A DNA stretch of 61,037 nt, counting the filler. It is 12 parts of 12 records of this genome, joined end to end, with 100 filler letters (N's around TTAATTAATTAA, not from the genome) between each part and the next. Parts side by side here need not be neighbours in the genome. Positions count along the whole stretch, not along the records: positions 31,950 to 35,233 come from SRR7504441_10108; positions 35,334 to 38,819 come from SRR7504441_10125; positions 38,920 to 43,623 come from SRR7504441_10135; positions 43,724 to 49,792 come from SRR7504441_10136; 8 more parts are not named here. One strand, given 5' to 3'. Below, piece by piece: positions 33,580-44,015 of the stretch. Within the stretch, counting starts at the first letter, position 1, and every line of letters begins with the position of its first letter. The notes under the pieces were generated by a model. That model saw only the letters and a list, made by a program, of their open reading frames with translations, did not search any database and had not been told where the DNA came from. The position numbers were made by a program, and so were the translations under genes.

Positions 33580-35104
33580 ATGGGGGCCTGCCGCTCAGCG
33601 CCAAACGTGCCGGGCTCCCCGACCACCGGGCTCGCGGGCCAGCTGCCCCCGCCGCCCGGCAAGCGCGGCAAGCCGGAGTGGCCCGCAGTGCAGCTCTCGG
33701 GGCACCTGCGGCGGCTGATGGCCGGCCAGCTGCCCTCGGGCGGCAAGATCTCAACCCAGCCCCAGCTCCAAAGCTTCTGCGCCGGGATGCTGGCCGAGGT
33801 GCCTCCCGCCTGGCGTTCGGGCTCACGCCGGCGGGGGCAGCTCGAGATCGGCTGGGCCAAACCGCCGGCGGTGCAGAGCGCCATACTCAGCCCGAGCAGG
33901 GTAGGCCCGCTGCCCGGCTGGGACCTGGACCAAGCGGTGCGGCTGCCCCCCCCCGGGCCGGCCGACAACCCCGGTTAGGCCGCCTTCTTCGTGCACGAGT
34001 TCCGTATCAGCCCGCAGCTGGCGGCCGAAGACTTGGAGGGGCAAGAGTCCGATGACGAGACCCACCTGCCGGTGCCCCGATCTCGCGAGATGGCTGACCG
34101 GCCGGCAGCTCGGGCACGGATGGCTCCGGCGGGGGACATACTCCGGCTGGCTGAGGGACGCGGCGGGCAGTCTGCGCCGGCTGGACGTGCCGATCAGGTT
34201 CTCTCGGAGTAAGAAGGCAGGGCTGCTGAGACAAGTCAAGCCTTCCAAGGCCGCGGACCAGGCCGGCCCATTCGAGCTGACCGGGATGCTGGACGATCGG
34301 GCCGGGGTGCTCCACCTGGTCCAGCAGTACGAGCCTCGAGAGCCGGAAGACGAGCAGGAGGGCGAGTTGGACGAGCCGACGAGTCCGTGCTCCGTGGCGC
34401 CCGAGCCAGACACAGCTCCAATGTCCATAGAGTACTTTGGCGAAGGCTGTTTCATCACCACTCCCGGCGACAAGGCCTCGGTGCACGCGGCGGTGCTGGT
34501 CGGCACGTGGGAGTGCAGGAATGATGACTCTTGCCGGCTATGGGAGACCAGGGGGCTCGAGAAACGCGGGACATTCGCGCTGCGCAAGGCCTCGTTCCAG
34601 GCGCGGCACGAGTGCCAGGGCCGGTTCTACTTCGGGCTGAGTGGCCTGGAGGAATCGACGGAGCTCCAGAATGATTCGCTCCAGCATCTGCTCGAAAGGT
34701 GGGAGCCTCCGCTCTCGATGCTCCCACGAGACCCCGGCGCCCCGTACAGGCTGGTACATGAGGAGCTGCAAAGGCTCCGGGTGATGCAGACACCAAATGT
34801 AGTCCGGACTCCGATCACGCTCGAGTGTCCGCTGAGTCCGCCAGCTGCAGATCTTGGGCTCACGGCTGCCGACATGACCCGGGATCACGGCAACCCTGTC
34901 TTCCGCGGGAGCCCTGTCAAACCTACCATCCTGTCGCTTCCCATGAAAAAGACCAAGCCTATCGTCCTGTCGCCTCCTGCCAAATCCCGCTCTCCAAAGT
35001 TCGGTCAGAAAGAAATTGAAACTGAGCACCTTAGGATCCGGATGGGGTCAGTTCAGCCCGAACCACATTACCTATCCGATTCGTCACCGGACATTTCAGT
35101 GTAA
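33580..35104 (+). CDS. Hypothetical multi-exon protein
   Basis: ATG at 33580. Short GT-AG introns near 33937-33978 and 34072-34108 link three ORF frames. Confidence 0.5.
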
Positions 35105-35385
35105 GTACCAAGATCCACCAGTTCTACTCTAGACTCGAGGTCTACAATATATGCATGTAATCTGCGTATGAATACAGGTCTATTTGATCTTTGATTAAAA
35201 ATCGCTGCCGCGGCCGTACTGCTTGCTATACAGNNNNNNNNNNNNNNNNNNNNNNNNNNNNNNNNNNNNNNNNNNNNTTAATTAATTAANNNNNNNNNNN
35301 NNNNNNNNNNNNNNNNNNNNNNNNNNNNNNNNNCGATTTTCGAGCTCAGGTTGGACCCATCAACGGTGCCGTTCTATTGGAAGTA

Positions 35386-38300
35386 CTAAGTGATGCGTTC
35401 GATTGTTTCTATGACACCATGTAACATGGTCGAATCGTTTGCCTCTCGGCCATCATTACACGTATTCGGTGCAAATGACAATATTTGACGATAGCAATCC
35501 TTCCAAAGTTCCGTCAAGTGATTGTGCGAGCTCGAGCTTTGAGTCAATTTTATTCCGTCCCGCACGAGCTCACACGCCATATGCAGAGTCTGAGCTGGCA
35601 ATGGGCTGCCTGTCTTGTTGCCACGGAGCTCTTGAGCGGCTGCGAGCACATGTTGCAGACCCGAAAGCAGATACTTGACGCTTTGCCCTTTGATGGCTCC
35701 CAGAGCCATGCGATGACACGATAAAGCCAGCCCGAGCAGTGCAGCCGTGCGCAGAAGGCTCGACTCCTCAGAGTTCTCCGAGAAGACAACCAGTGCTCTC
35801 TCAAACCCGCATGTGGCCAAATTGAACCGGGACTTGCTGAGCTTGCCACTTTCAGCCGGCTCGACAAACAGTCGAGCAAGTTCGAGCTGGGCTTGGCCAG
35901 AGACTATACCCCTACTGAGGTTCCGAGATTTGCACAGCTCTAACGCCCGGTTGCATAGCTCGCTTGCTGCGCTGTGCCAATCAGTGCCAATCGATGGTGG
36001 CGATATGTGCAACCTGATAGCAGCTCGGACGAGCATCAGGGCATTCAGTTCAGAGAGGTAATCACTCAGTCGCTGATCACAGCAAGCTTGAGTGGCCATG
36101 TTCATGGCTGATTGAGCGCCCATAATGGCAGCATCGCCTAAGATGGCGACTTGCTGTGGAGCCGGCTGCCTAATCTGCTCGGCGTTAAGAATTCCTTCGC
36201 ACTCGATTTCAAAGCCCGGGCCAGATACAATCCGATCAGCGGCCCATGAGCGCAAAGCGGCTCGAGCCATCACAATCATTGCTCGGTCACACCTCATGGC
36301 AGCCTGCTCAAACCCTTGGCTACTGGCAGCTAGCATCTCTTCTGCCAGTCGGACAGATGGAGCTTGAGGCGCACTGACTGCCAAGCAGCCGGCGGAGGCA
36401 TAGGCCAGGCAGAGCTTGCGCTTGAGGAACAGGCCGACATGGCTGGACCAACTGTGGTCTGGGATTAATAGATCAGCGTACAAGGGGATCGCTGTTTGAA
36501 TGGCTGCAAGCTCAGACTGCACTGCTGCCTGGCCGAGAGATAGGCCAAGCCTTGCAACTAGCTCGGTTGCCGCTTCAGTTTGAACCCTCTCAGAATTGCA
36601 ACTGTGAGATAGACAGTCAGCTTGCAGGTGTTTCCACAGCTGTGAACTAATCTGTGAATGCTCCTGGCTGCGCACACCAATAAGAAGGAGAGCAGATGCA
36701 TGGTCACCCAACAGATGCAAACTGACTGCTAAGCGATAGAAGCTGGTTTGAAGACCCTGTTGAGCAAGTTGGATCATCCTCTCGACCTTTAACGCCTCCT
36801 GCGGCTGCCAGGCCGACACCTGACGCACAACATCGAGGAGCAGGAGGGCTGCTTGCGCAATTCGTGATATGCCCTCAGAGCTTGGGCTTGCCGGTGGTTT
36901 GTCATAGGTGCTGCAAGGGAGTCTCGGGATCATGACTCTTGTAGTCACAAGAGAAACAGGACTCGGGGGCAGCCTGTGCTCTTGGGGCTCGGTCAATTGA
37001 AACGCCGCTCTACTCCAATAGACCAATGCCTCGTCGTTTTGCGCTGGCCAGCATGTCTCATCGTTCAACAGCAGTGCAGTGGCCGTTTGGATCTGAACTG
37101 CCAGCCGGAGACAGGCCAGTTTTTCGCCTGCGCGCTCCTCAGCATGAGCCACTCCCAGCTTGGCTTGACAGGTTGACAGGAGCTCTTGTGCTGACCTGGC
37201 ACCCTGGATCCTATCTTGAGGCCCCTCTGCATGTGAAGCTCTTGCAAGCAAATGAGCGGCGGACTGATAGCAGAGCATAGCAACAGGGAATTGTAGCTGG
37301 CGGCCAGGGACCTGTATCGGCTGGAGACTCGTATCTGCGGCCTTTGAGTGCACTGCTCCTAGTGCAGAGAGTTTAAGCTGACATCCTGTTGCGGTACTTG
37401 ACTGGGTCAGCCAGTGCGTCACACCCTCCGTCATGACCGCTTTCCTGAGCCATGTGAACACAGCCAAGGTCTTGGAGAGCGCAGACTCGACTTCTCTTCT
37501 AAATGCAGGCCGTTTGTAAAGTTCGTACGTCTTGTGGTGCTCATACCGCTGCACCACACCATTCTTGTGGACGCAGATAGCGAAGCCTGGACATCCCGCA
37601 AGAAGGTTCTCTAGCCAGATTTCTATCAGCTTTCCATGGGATGCGGCGCTATCCACATCCTGCAGGTGGAGCGAAATGACACCCTCAGCATCCGAGTGCG
37701 AGGTGTAGAGGTTGCCGCCAAGCAGTATGGACATGTCTTGTACCCTCCATATGCCAGCTTGCCTAAACAGGCTTCCTGCAGACTCACCCGTCAGCAGCAT
37801 TAGACTATCCTCGTGGCTGTATTGACCATCTTCACAGCTGTTTCCGGCCCCTTCCTCAGAGCTCTCCGATGATACTGACTGCGAGATGAATTCCTCAAAC
37901 AGTGGCCCAGACTCAGGGCCCGCATTGTGCCAGTACCACCGATCCGACAGCAGCCTGGCTTTTTCCATCGTAGCAGCCGCTGCTGCACGAGCTTGGGCTG
38001 CCTCGGTCTCGGCCTGCACAGCCGCGGCCTCTGCAAGATCGGCTTCGGCTGCCAGCCTTCTGGCCAGCTCCGCTGCCTTCTCAGCTGCCAGCCGCGCCTG
38101 CTTTGCCACCTTGTCCATCTCCCTCGCCACAGCGTCCATCGACTCAGACCGGGTCCAGGCCACATCACTGGCCTCCTGCGCCTGCTGTACCGCAGCCACC
38201 GTAATCGACTGCGAGCTCCACTCCTCCTCCTCCTCCTCCTCCAACGGCCGGGGCTCCTCGGCCTCCTGCGGCGCGAATGGGGCCTCGTCGATCACGACCA

Positions 38301-38685
38301 TCCCGCCCACCCGGTGCACCGCCATAGGCTTGGCTTCCCGGCCGCCGGTGGCCATTGCTTTAAATATCTTCTTCACGGCGCTCGCGGTGACCACGACCTC
38401 AACCTCGCTTCCCCTCGCGGCCAGTGCCAAAGGGATCAGCGCGCTGCTCGCAAACTCGGCTAGCTCGGCCTCGGCGCTGACCGGAGCGCTCCTCGGCGCG
38501 CGGTCGGCGGTCTGGCGGGACAGGTCGTGCCCAGTGGAGAGTGGGACGTGCCGGGCCTGAGAGCGGACGTCCAGCACGCACTCGCGGTAGCCGAGGTCGT
38601 CAAGCAGCAGCTGCTTCCGGAACTGATAGTCCTCCCCCAGGTTGAGGTAGGCCACCGGCGACAGATGGAACAGCGACGACTCCAT
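35386..38685 (-). CDS. EDRF1: Erythroid differentiation-related factor 1 (EDRF1)-like protein
   Basis: VKKIFK...MAVHRVG...IDE and WRVQDMSILLG...SLHLQDV...WLENLLA...AICVHKNGVVQRYE match the conserved EDRF1 N-terminal blocks; helical C-terminal region. Confidence 0.78.
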   Translation of the reverse strand: MESSLFHLSPVAYLNLGEDYQFRKQLLLDDLGYRECVLDVRSQARHVPLSTGHDLSRQTADRAPRSAPVSAEAELAEFASSALIPLALAARGSEVEVVVTASAVKKIFKAMATGGREAKPMAVHRVGGMVVIDEAPFAPQEAEEPRPLEEEEEEEWSSQSITVAAVQQAQEASDVAWTRSESMDAVAREMDKVAKQARLAAEKAAELARRLAAEADLAEAAAVQAETEAAQARAAAAATMEKARLLSDRWYWHNAGPESGPLFEEFISQSVSSESSEEGAGNSCEDGQYSHEDSLMLLTGESAGSLFRQAGIWRVQDMSILLGGNLYTSHSDAEGVISLHLQDVDSAASHGKLIEIWLENLLAGCPGFAICVHKNGVVQRYEHHKTYELYKRPAFRREVESALSKTLAVFTWLRKAVMTEGVTHWLTQSSTATGCQLKLSALGAVHSKAADTSLQPIQVPGRQLQFPVAMLCYQSAAHLLARASHAEGPQDRIQGARSAQELLSTCQAKLGVAHAEERAGEKLACLRLAVQIQTATALLLNDETCWPAQNDEALVYWSRAAFQLTEPQEHRLPPSPVSLVTTRVMIPRLPCSTYDKPPASPSSEGISRIAQAALLLLDVVRQVSAWQPQEALKVERMIQLAQQGLQTSFYRLAVSLHLLGDHASALLLIGVRSQEHSQISSQLWKHLQADCLSHSCNSERVQTEAATELVARLGLSLGQAAVQSELAAIQTAIPLYADLLIPDHSWSSHVGLFLKRKLCLAYASAGCLAVSAPQAPSVRLAEEMLAASSQGFEQAAMRCDRAMIVMARAALRSWAADRIVSGPGFEIECEGILNAEQIRQPAPQQVAILGDAAIMGAQSAMNMATQACCDQRLSDYLSELNALMLVRAAIRLHISPPSIGTDWHSAASELCNRALELCKSRNLSRGIVSGQAQLELARLFVEPAESGKLSKSRFNLATCGFERALVVFSENSEESSLLRTAALLGLALSCHRMALGAIKGQSVKYLLSGLQHVLAAAQELRGNKTGSPLPAQTLHMACELVRDGIKLTQSSSSHNHLTELWKDCYRQILSFAPNTCNDGREANDSTMLHGVIETIERIT

Positions 38686-38919
38686 CGACTGTCAGTGAGA
38701 CGCTCCGGGCGCCCACCGCCGCCCAGCCAAAGGGTGCCGAGGGCCGGGGCGGGTGCGGGCCGAGCACTGGGGGTTCAGGTGACCGCGTGATCGCCAAGAA
38801 GCCACGTGATCGCAAGAGCNNNNNNNNNNNNNNNNNNNNNNNNNNNNNNNNNNNNNNNNNNNNTTAATTAATTAANNNNNNNNNNNNNNNNNNNNNNNNN
38901 NNNNNNNNNNNNNNNNNNN

Positions 38920-40571
38920 CCCGCTCTGGGAGCAGCTGCTCCGCCTTGCTGCCACCGCCCAGCTGCCCGTGGTCGCCCCTCCCCCACATGTAAACCGACC
39001 CGCTCTCGGTCACAGCACCGCTGTGGTGCCTGTCCACCGCTCAGCTAGCCAGTAGACAAGACCAGCACCGGCCCAAGCACATGAGCGTCACTCGTTCCTC
39101 CTCGATAGCCCATGTCACCCTCATCGGAGTCGGCTGCAGTTGGCTGTGCCCGAGCCCAAGCCGCCCACCCTCCCCATTGCCCCACATATAGAGCAGCCCC
39201 TCACTTGTGAGCACCCCGGAGCTCTCCTCGCCCAGCTGCAGCTCAGCCACACACTTGCCTGCCCCAGAGTCAGCCAGGCCTCTGCCTGCTCACCCAGCAG
39301 CTCGCCCCCAACTCGCTTGGGCTGTAGCTGATCCTCCAGAGACCCAGGCCCGAGCCCGAGCTGCCCGAGCCCGCCGGCGCCCCACATCATAACCACCCCG
39401 CCCTCCAGCACGCAGCCCGAGTGCCGCCCGCCTAGCTGCAGCGCCTCCACTCTTGGCCCGTCTGAGAGCGCCTCCACAGGCCGCGGGAGCGCACTTGCCT
39501 CAATACCGGGAATGCCGAGCTGGCCTGAGCAGTTACTCCCCCAGAGCAGCACTTGGTTGGTGGATTTACACAGCACGCCATAGTGCTCCAGCCCCAAACT
39601 CACCGACCGTACTGTATCCGGCAGCCCGTTCTGCTCTGTCAAGGCTGGCGAGGCATGCTCCGTCTGCGAAACGCCCCAGGTGCCCTGGTTAATCGCGCCC
39701 CAGGTCCACAGCCTGCCGTCGTCGGACACCGCGGCGCCGGAGCCGTAGTCCAGGCACAGCTGGACCACAGCCACCCCCTCCAGACCGGTCACCTGCCCGT
39801 CAGCCTCATGCCAGTGCGTACAGGCTGCGACCTGCGTGGGCGCGCCGCGGCTTTCGGAATCAACGTGCCCGAGCTGCCCGCCCGCGCCGGACCCCCAGGT
39901 CCACACCTGCATCTCAGGGCTGAGCCGCCCACAACCGTGGGGCGGTCGCCTGGCCGTCGTCTGTCAGCGCCCCAGTGCAGCCGTCTCCCGCACACACGCA
40001 CGACACTCGGAGCTTGTTCCCGAGGAACTCGCCGTCTGCCGGCGTCGGGAGCAGGCTCCGTTGCTGGCTCCGACCCAGCCCGAGCTCCCCGTCCCGGTTG
40101 CTGCCCCAGCCGAGCATCGAGCTGCCAGAGAACAGCTCGCAGTCGAGCGTGGTGCCAGCCTGGATCCGCAGGTCCGCCAATTGGGCCGTGTCGGCAAGCT
40201 CCCGTCCGTTGAGGAACAACTGCCCCCGGCTCGCGCCCGCCCCGCAGCGCAGCACCCGGAGACAGGGCGCCCGGTCGAGCCCATAGCTGCTCCTCAAGGT
40301 GTGCTTGACATCGCCTGCCCCGGCCGCTCGCAGCACGCCGGCGCTCCGGGCAGCAACCGATGGCGTCGGTGCTTTGGACCACCAGCCCAATCAACTGACC
40401 GACCGGCCGGGGCTTTGCCTCCCCATCACGCACCAGCCTCTCGCGAAGCTGAACCGCGAGCGCCAGTGGCATGTGCGGGTCCGGGTCGGTGGGGAGCCCG
40501 CCCAGGTCGTACAGGCCCGGGTCGTCGTACTGACTGGTCGGATCCGGCTCGCTCTCTGCGCAGACTCCCAT
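38920..40571 (-). CDS. Ubiquitin-like domain + RCC1-repeat protein, multi-exon, 3' truncated
   Basis: QLFLNGRELAD...LADLRIQAGTTL (UBL). Repeats WGSNRDGELGLG, WGSGAGGQLG, WGAGGLGQLGLG, WGNGEGGRLGLG. Introns include 39907-39949, 39793-39831, 39259-39293 and 39030-39068. Confidence 0.85.
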
Positions 40572-40645
40572 ATGACAAGACGGGGATGCCCTCTCAAAGT
40601 AGACCGAGGAGCTGCCGAGGAGAGCACTGTGGCCGGACACCGGTG

Positions 40646-42596
40646 ATGGCAGCCGTTACTTTCGGCGCTTCCGCTGCACTGCTTCCCGACTCGGACTGGA
40701 CAGCGGAGCAGCTGTTCCACCGCCAGGCGGATATAGATGACCGTCCCCGTCGGCCCGGAGGCCTTCCCGTGGGATGGCGACCGGGCAAATCAGGTTTTCG
40801 AGCTGGCGGTTCCGACGGGGGTGCTGCGGGTGACGCAAGCGGGCGGCAAGCACCCGGTGCCCGAAGGCAGCACCGACATAGGCTTCACCAGCGGACTGGT
40901 GGTCTGGGATTCAGCAGTGCAGCTGGCCGCGCACCTCCTGGCCAGTCCGCAGAGGCTCGCAGGCAAGGTGGTGGTCGAGCTGGGAGCCGGGCCCGGGCTG
41001 GTGGGGCTCTGCTGCGCCGCCTGCGGTGCCGAGGTCTGGATCACTGACTACGACCCGCCGGTGAGCTGTCCGAGGGCGCCAACTCAGCCCACGGCAGGTG
41101 CTGCGGCTGCTGGAGCACAACTTGGAGCGGAATAGGGCGGTGCTGCAAGGTTCGGCTCGAGTGCTGAAGTTCGACTGGAACCTTGCACTCGCCATCCCGC
41201 GTGCGCGCCCGGCGGTGCGGTGCCAGCCGGGGACAGGCCGGACCGCGATAGACCTTGTGGTGGCAACCGACGTGCTGGCGTCCGAGGTGAACGCTCGGCT
41301 GGTGGCTAAAGTGTTGGGCGAGATCTGCACCGCAGAGACTCGAGTGCTGCTGTGCAACGAGGTGTGCTCGCGCTCTGGCCGAGGGCTGAGACCTAGGCAG
41401 AATCTGTGGAGCTACCACGACGAGCTGATCGAGTCGGTGCAGCAGCAAGGGTTTGTCGTCGGTGAGCCTGCAGGGCACCGGCCTGAGCCTGGTGAGGGGC
41501 GACTGCTAGAGCTGTGGCTTCGCCCGTCAGGGCTGGTTGGGCCGACGGCCATTGGGACGGACTGGGTGTCGGCGCTGGCTGAGCGGGCCGCGGGTGACGG
41601 ACACGAGTTGTCGCTGAGTACTAAGTCGGTCGATACGAACTACCGAACAGAGGTCCTGTTTGCTGGACGGCGGTATAAAGGGCCGCCCAGGATGAGTGCG
41701 GGAGCTGCCGAGATGGCGGCCTCGCGACTGGTGATGGAGGGCGCGGCTAATCGAGTGCCTGACGACTATATGTACACGGAGTGGAATCGGTGGATGATCC
41801 CCAAGGCAGTACATAGATACACACTGCTGCTGCTCCACGGTCTGGACGACAGCGCCGGGTACTGGAGCGACTCGGAGCTGGAGGCGCTCTTCGGGCGATG
41901 CCAAGTCCCTGCGGCGCATATTAAAATCGTGCTGGCCAAGTGCGTGGCCCTGGGCATGGCTCGGCTGAGAGGTTGGGCAGTGCGCCGTTTAGAGGGAGTG
42001 CTGGGGCAGCTTGGTTTGAGTACAAGACCGATCGGAGCGGACAAGACCAGGAGGACCAGATTAATGTGGATCAGTTAGTCCAGATCCGCGCCGAAATTCA
42101 CTCGATGATTGACTCTGAGGTGTCTTTCGGGCGGTGGTATGGTGCGAGCTGACTTAGGCGGCTCTGCTGGGAGGCGACACGCGCCGCATTCTGATTGGAG
42201 GCAGTTCCCAAGGTGGCTCGGGCCCCGGAACGGCTGAACAGCTGTGCAGGGGGCTGTGTGGCTCTGGACGCAGCATTCACCTACCCAAAGCAGCTGGGAG
42301 GGGTTGCGTGCCTGAGAGGGTTGCTGCTAGGAGCGACACCGGTCGATGAGCTGCCGACGATACCTGTGTTGGTAGTCTCTGGCGGGTCTGACGAGGCGCC
42401 TAACCACGTGTCGCTTGCCATAACCACGTGTCATCAGGTGTTCTTGTTGTCTTTAGTGAAGCGGACGCTCTTGAGAATTGCTGAGCATCAGGGGCTTCAA
42501 CATCAGGTGATAAAGCGGATGACACACGAGAGTCAGTGCGTGGGCGAGCTAGAGAAGCTTGTCGTCTTTATGGCGGATTGCTGGAACCTAATCTGA
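40646..42596 (+). CDS. Fusion: METTL21-like (family 16) methyltransferase + dsRBD-like + APT1-like carboxylesterase, about 9 exons
   Basis: GLVVWDSA, VVELGAGPGLVG, ITDY, FDW, DLVVATDV; then LLLHGL, AWFEY, ILIGGSSQGG (after removing intron 42213-42249), GGSDE, MTH. Introns: 40727-40760, 41061-41097, 41201-41236, 41362-41400, 41940-41980, 42120-42157, 42396-42437. Confidence 0.78.
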
Positions 42597-42642
42597 ACGA
42601 TGAATTATCTAAAGAGGTCTTCTGTAAAAGCCTAATTCGGTG

Positions 42643-43473
42643 CTAATTCGGTTTACTCGCCGAGAAGAACACAATAGGACTACGCGGTAAGTCTTGTGCT
42701 ACATCCTCCGAATGCGCCCAAGCGGCATCGGCATCGCTAACCACAAGATCATAAAACTCCAAATCAACAAACCCCGCTTCAGTTAGAGCAGCCTCTATCG
42801 CCGTTTTGGACCAAATAGAATTCGGGAATGTTACCCTCGTTGAACGGCCTTCGCCAAAGAGTGTGAGCTGGAGCTGCATTCCCTCGCTAAACTCGAGAGG
42901 ATGCGAAGGCCCCACAAGCGAATAGCCCAGGGCCTGTGACTCGGCTTGTGCACCGTCAAACCACGAAGAGCTAATAGACACAAAGCGCCCACCAGGCCTC
43001 AACGCAGTGTAGGCTACGCAGCACATCTGGACGAGCACAGCTCGCTCCTGAGCGTAGGGCAGCAAGAATTGAGCTGTCACCACATCAACCGCTTCCTCGA
43101 CCTCAAATGATTGCGTCACGCCAGATGTGACATAAGACAGCCCCCCGAGAGGCGTCTCCTGCTCCTCGGCTTCGGCCATCGCAATCATCTCCGGAGAAAT
43201 GTCTACCCCTCGCACCCAACGCGCTCCGCGCATCCGCATCTGCCGGGAGTAGTACCCGCTGCCACAGGCAAGATCCAGAACACTGAGGCCAGCCACGTCG
43301 CCAAGCGCGCGCCAGAAGGTAGGCTCCTCGCACTTGGATTTAAACGGGTTGGTCTTGATGGCAGCGTAATCAAAAGCGATGTCATCATAGAGCTGTGCAG
43401 GCGCTGACTCAACGACCGGCACCTGAGCAGCGGTGTCGGGTGGTGCCAGCAGGTGCTCGTTGCCTTCGGCCAT
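42643..43473 (-). CDS. Class I SAM-dependent methyltransferase
   Basis: YDDIAFDY, LGDVAGLSVLDLACGSG, GVDISPEMI, FLLPYA, LRPGGRF; intronless. Confidence 0.88.
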   Translation of the reverse strand: MAEGNEHLLAPPDTAAQVPVVESAPAQLYDDIAFDYAAIKTNPFKSKCEEPTFWRALGDVAGLSVLDLACGSGYYSRQMRMRGARWVRGVDISPEMIAMAEAEEQETPLGGLSYVTSGVTQSFEVEEAVDVVTAQFLLPYAQERAVLVQMCCVAYTALRPGGRFVSISSSWFDGAQAESQALGYSLVGPSHPLEFSEGMQLQLTLFGEGRSTRVTFPNSIWSKTAIEAALTEAGFVDLEFYDLVVSDADAAWAHSEDVAQDLPRSPIVFFSASKPN

Positions 43474-43723
43474 CCGCACGCCACCTCCACCCTGTCAGCC
43501 GAGCAGTGCTGGGCGACTCGGAGCCGGTAGGTCCCTACTGGCGGTACAGACCGACTCATCACCCCGGCTTTGATTTTTTTTTATTGATGATTGAAATTTA
43601 TTGATACTACTATGCGAAGCTAANNNNNNNNNNNNNNNNNNNNNNNNNNNNNNNNNNNNNNNNNNNNTTAATTAATTAANNNNNNNNNNNNNNNNNNNNN
43701 NNNNNNNNNNNNNNNNNNNNNNN

Positions 43724-43870
43724 GCGGCCGCACAGGGATTGGCACGAGCACAGTACAGCCTAGGCATGTGCTATCTGGACGGCACTGGGGTGGCGAAGGA
43801 GGCTGCAATCGAGTGGCTTAGGAAGGCGGCCGCACAGGGACATGCACCAGCACGCAAAGCACTCATTTGA
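43724..43870 (+). CDS. 3' fragment of a Sel1-repeat protein
   Basis: AAAQGLARAQYSLGMCYLDGTGVAKEAAIEWLRKAAAQGHAPA-stop. Confidence 0.8.
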   Translation, partial: AAAQGLARAQYSLGMCYLDGTGVAKEAAIEWLRKAAAQGHAPARKALI

Positions 43871-44015
43871 ATGATTGCAATTCACTTCACTTCGATCTAC
43901 GGTACATGATGTAGTCATGATTGACATTAATTTTGATATCTAGTCTTTAAATCCTCATGATCATGATAGTACTGACTATACGTACGTATATACTCGTAAT
44001 TAGAGTTTACAAGAA

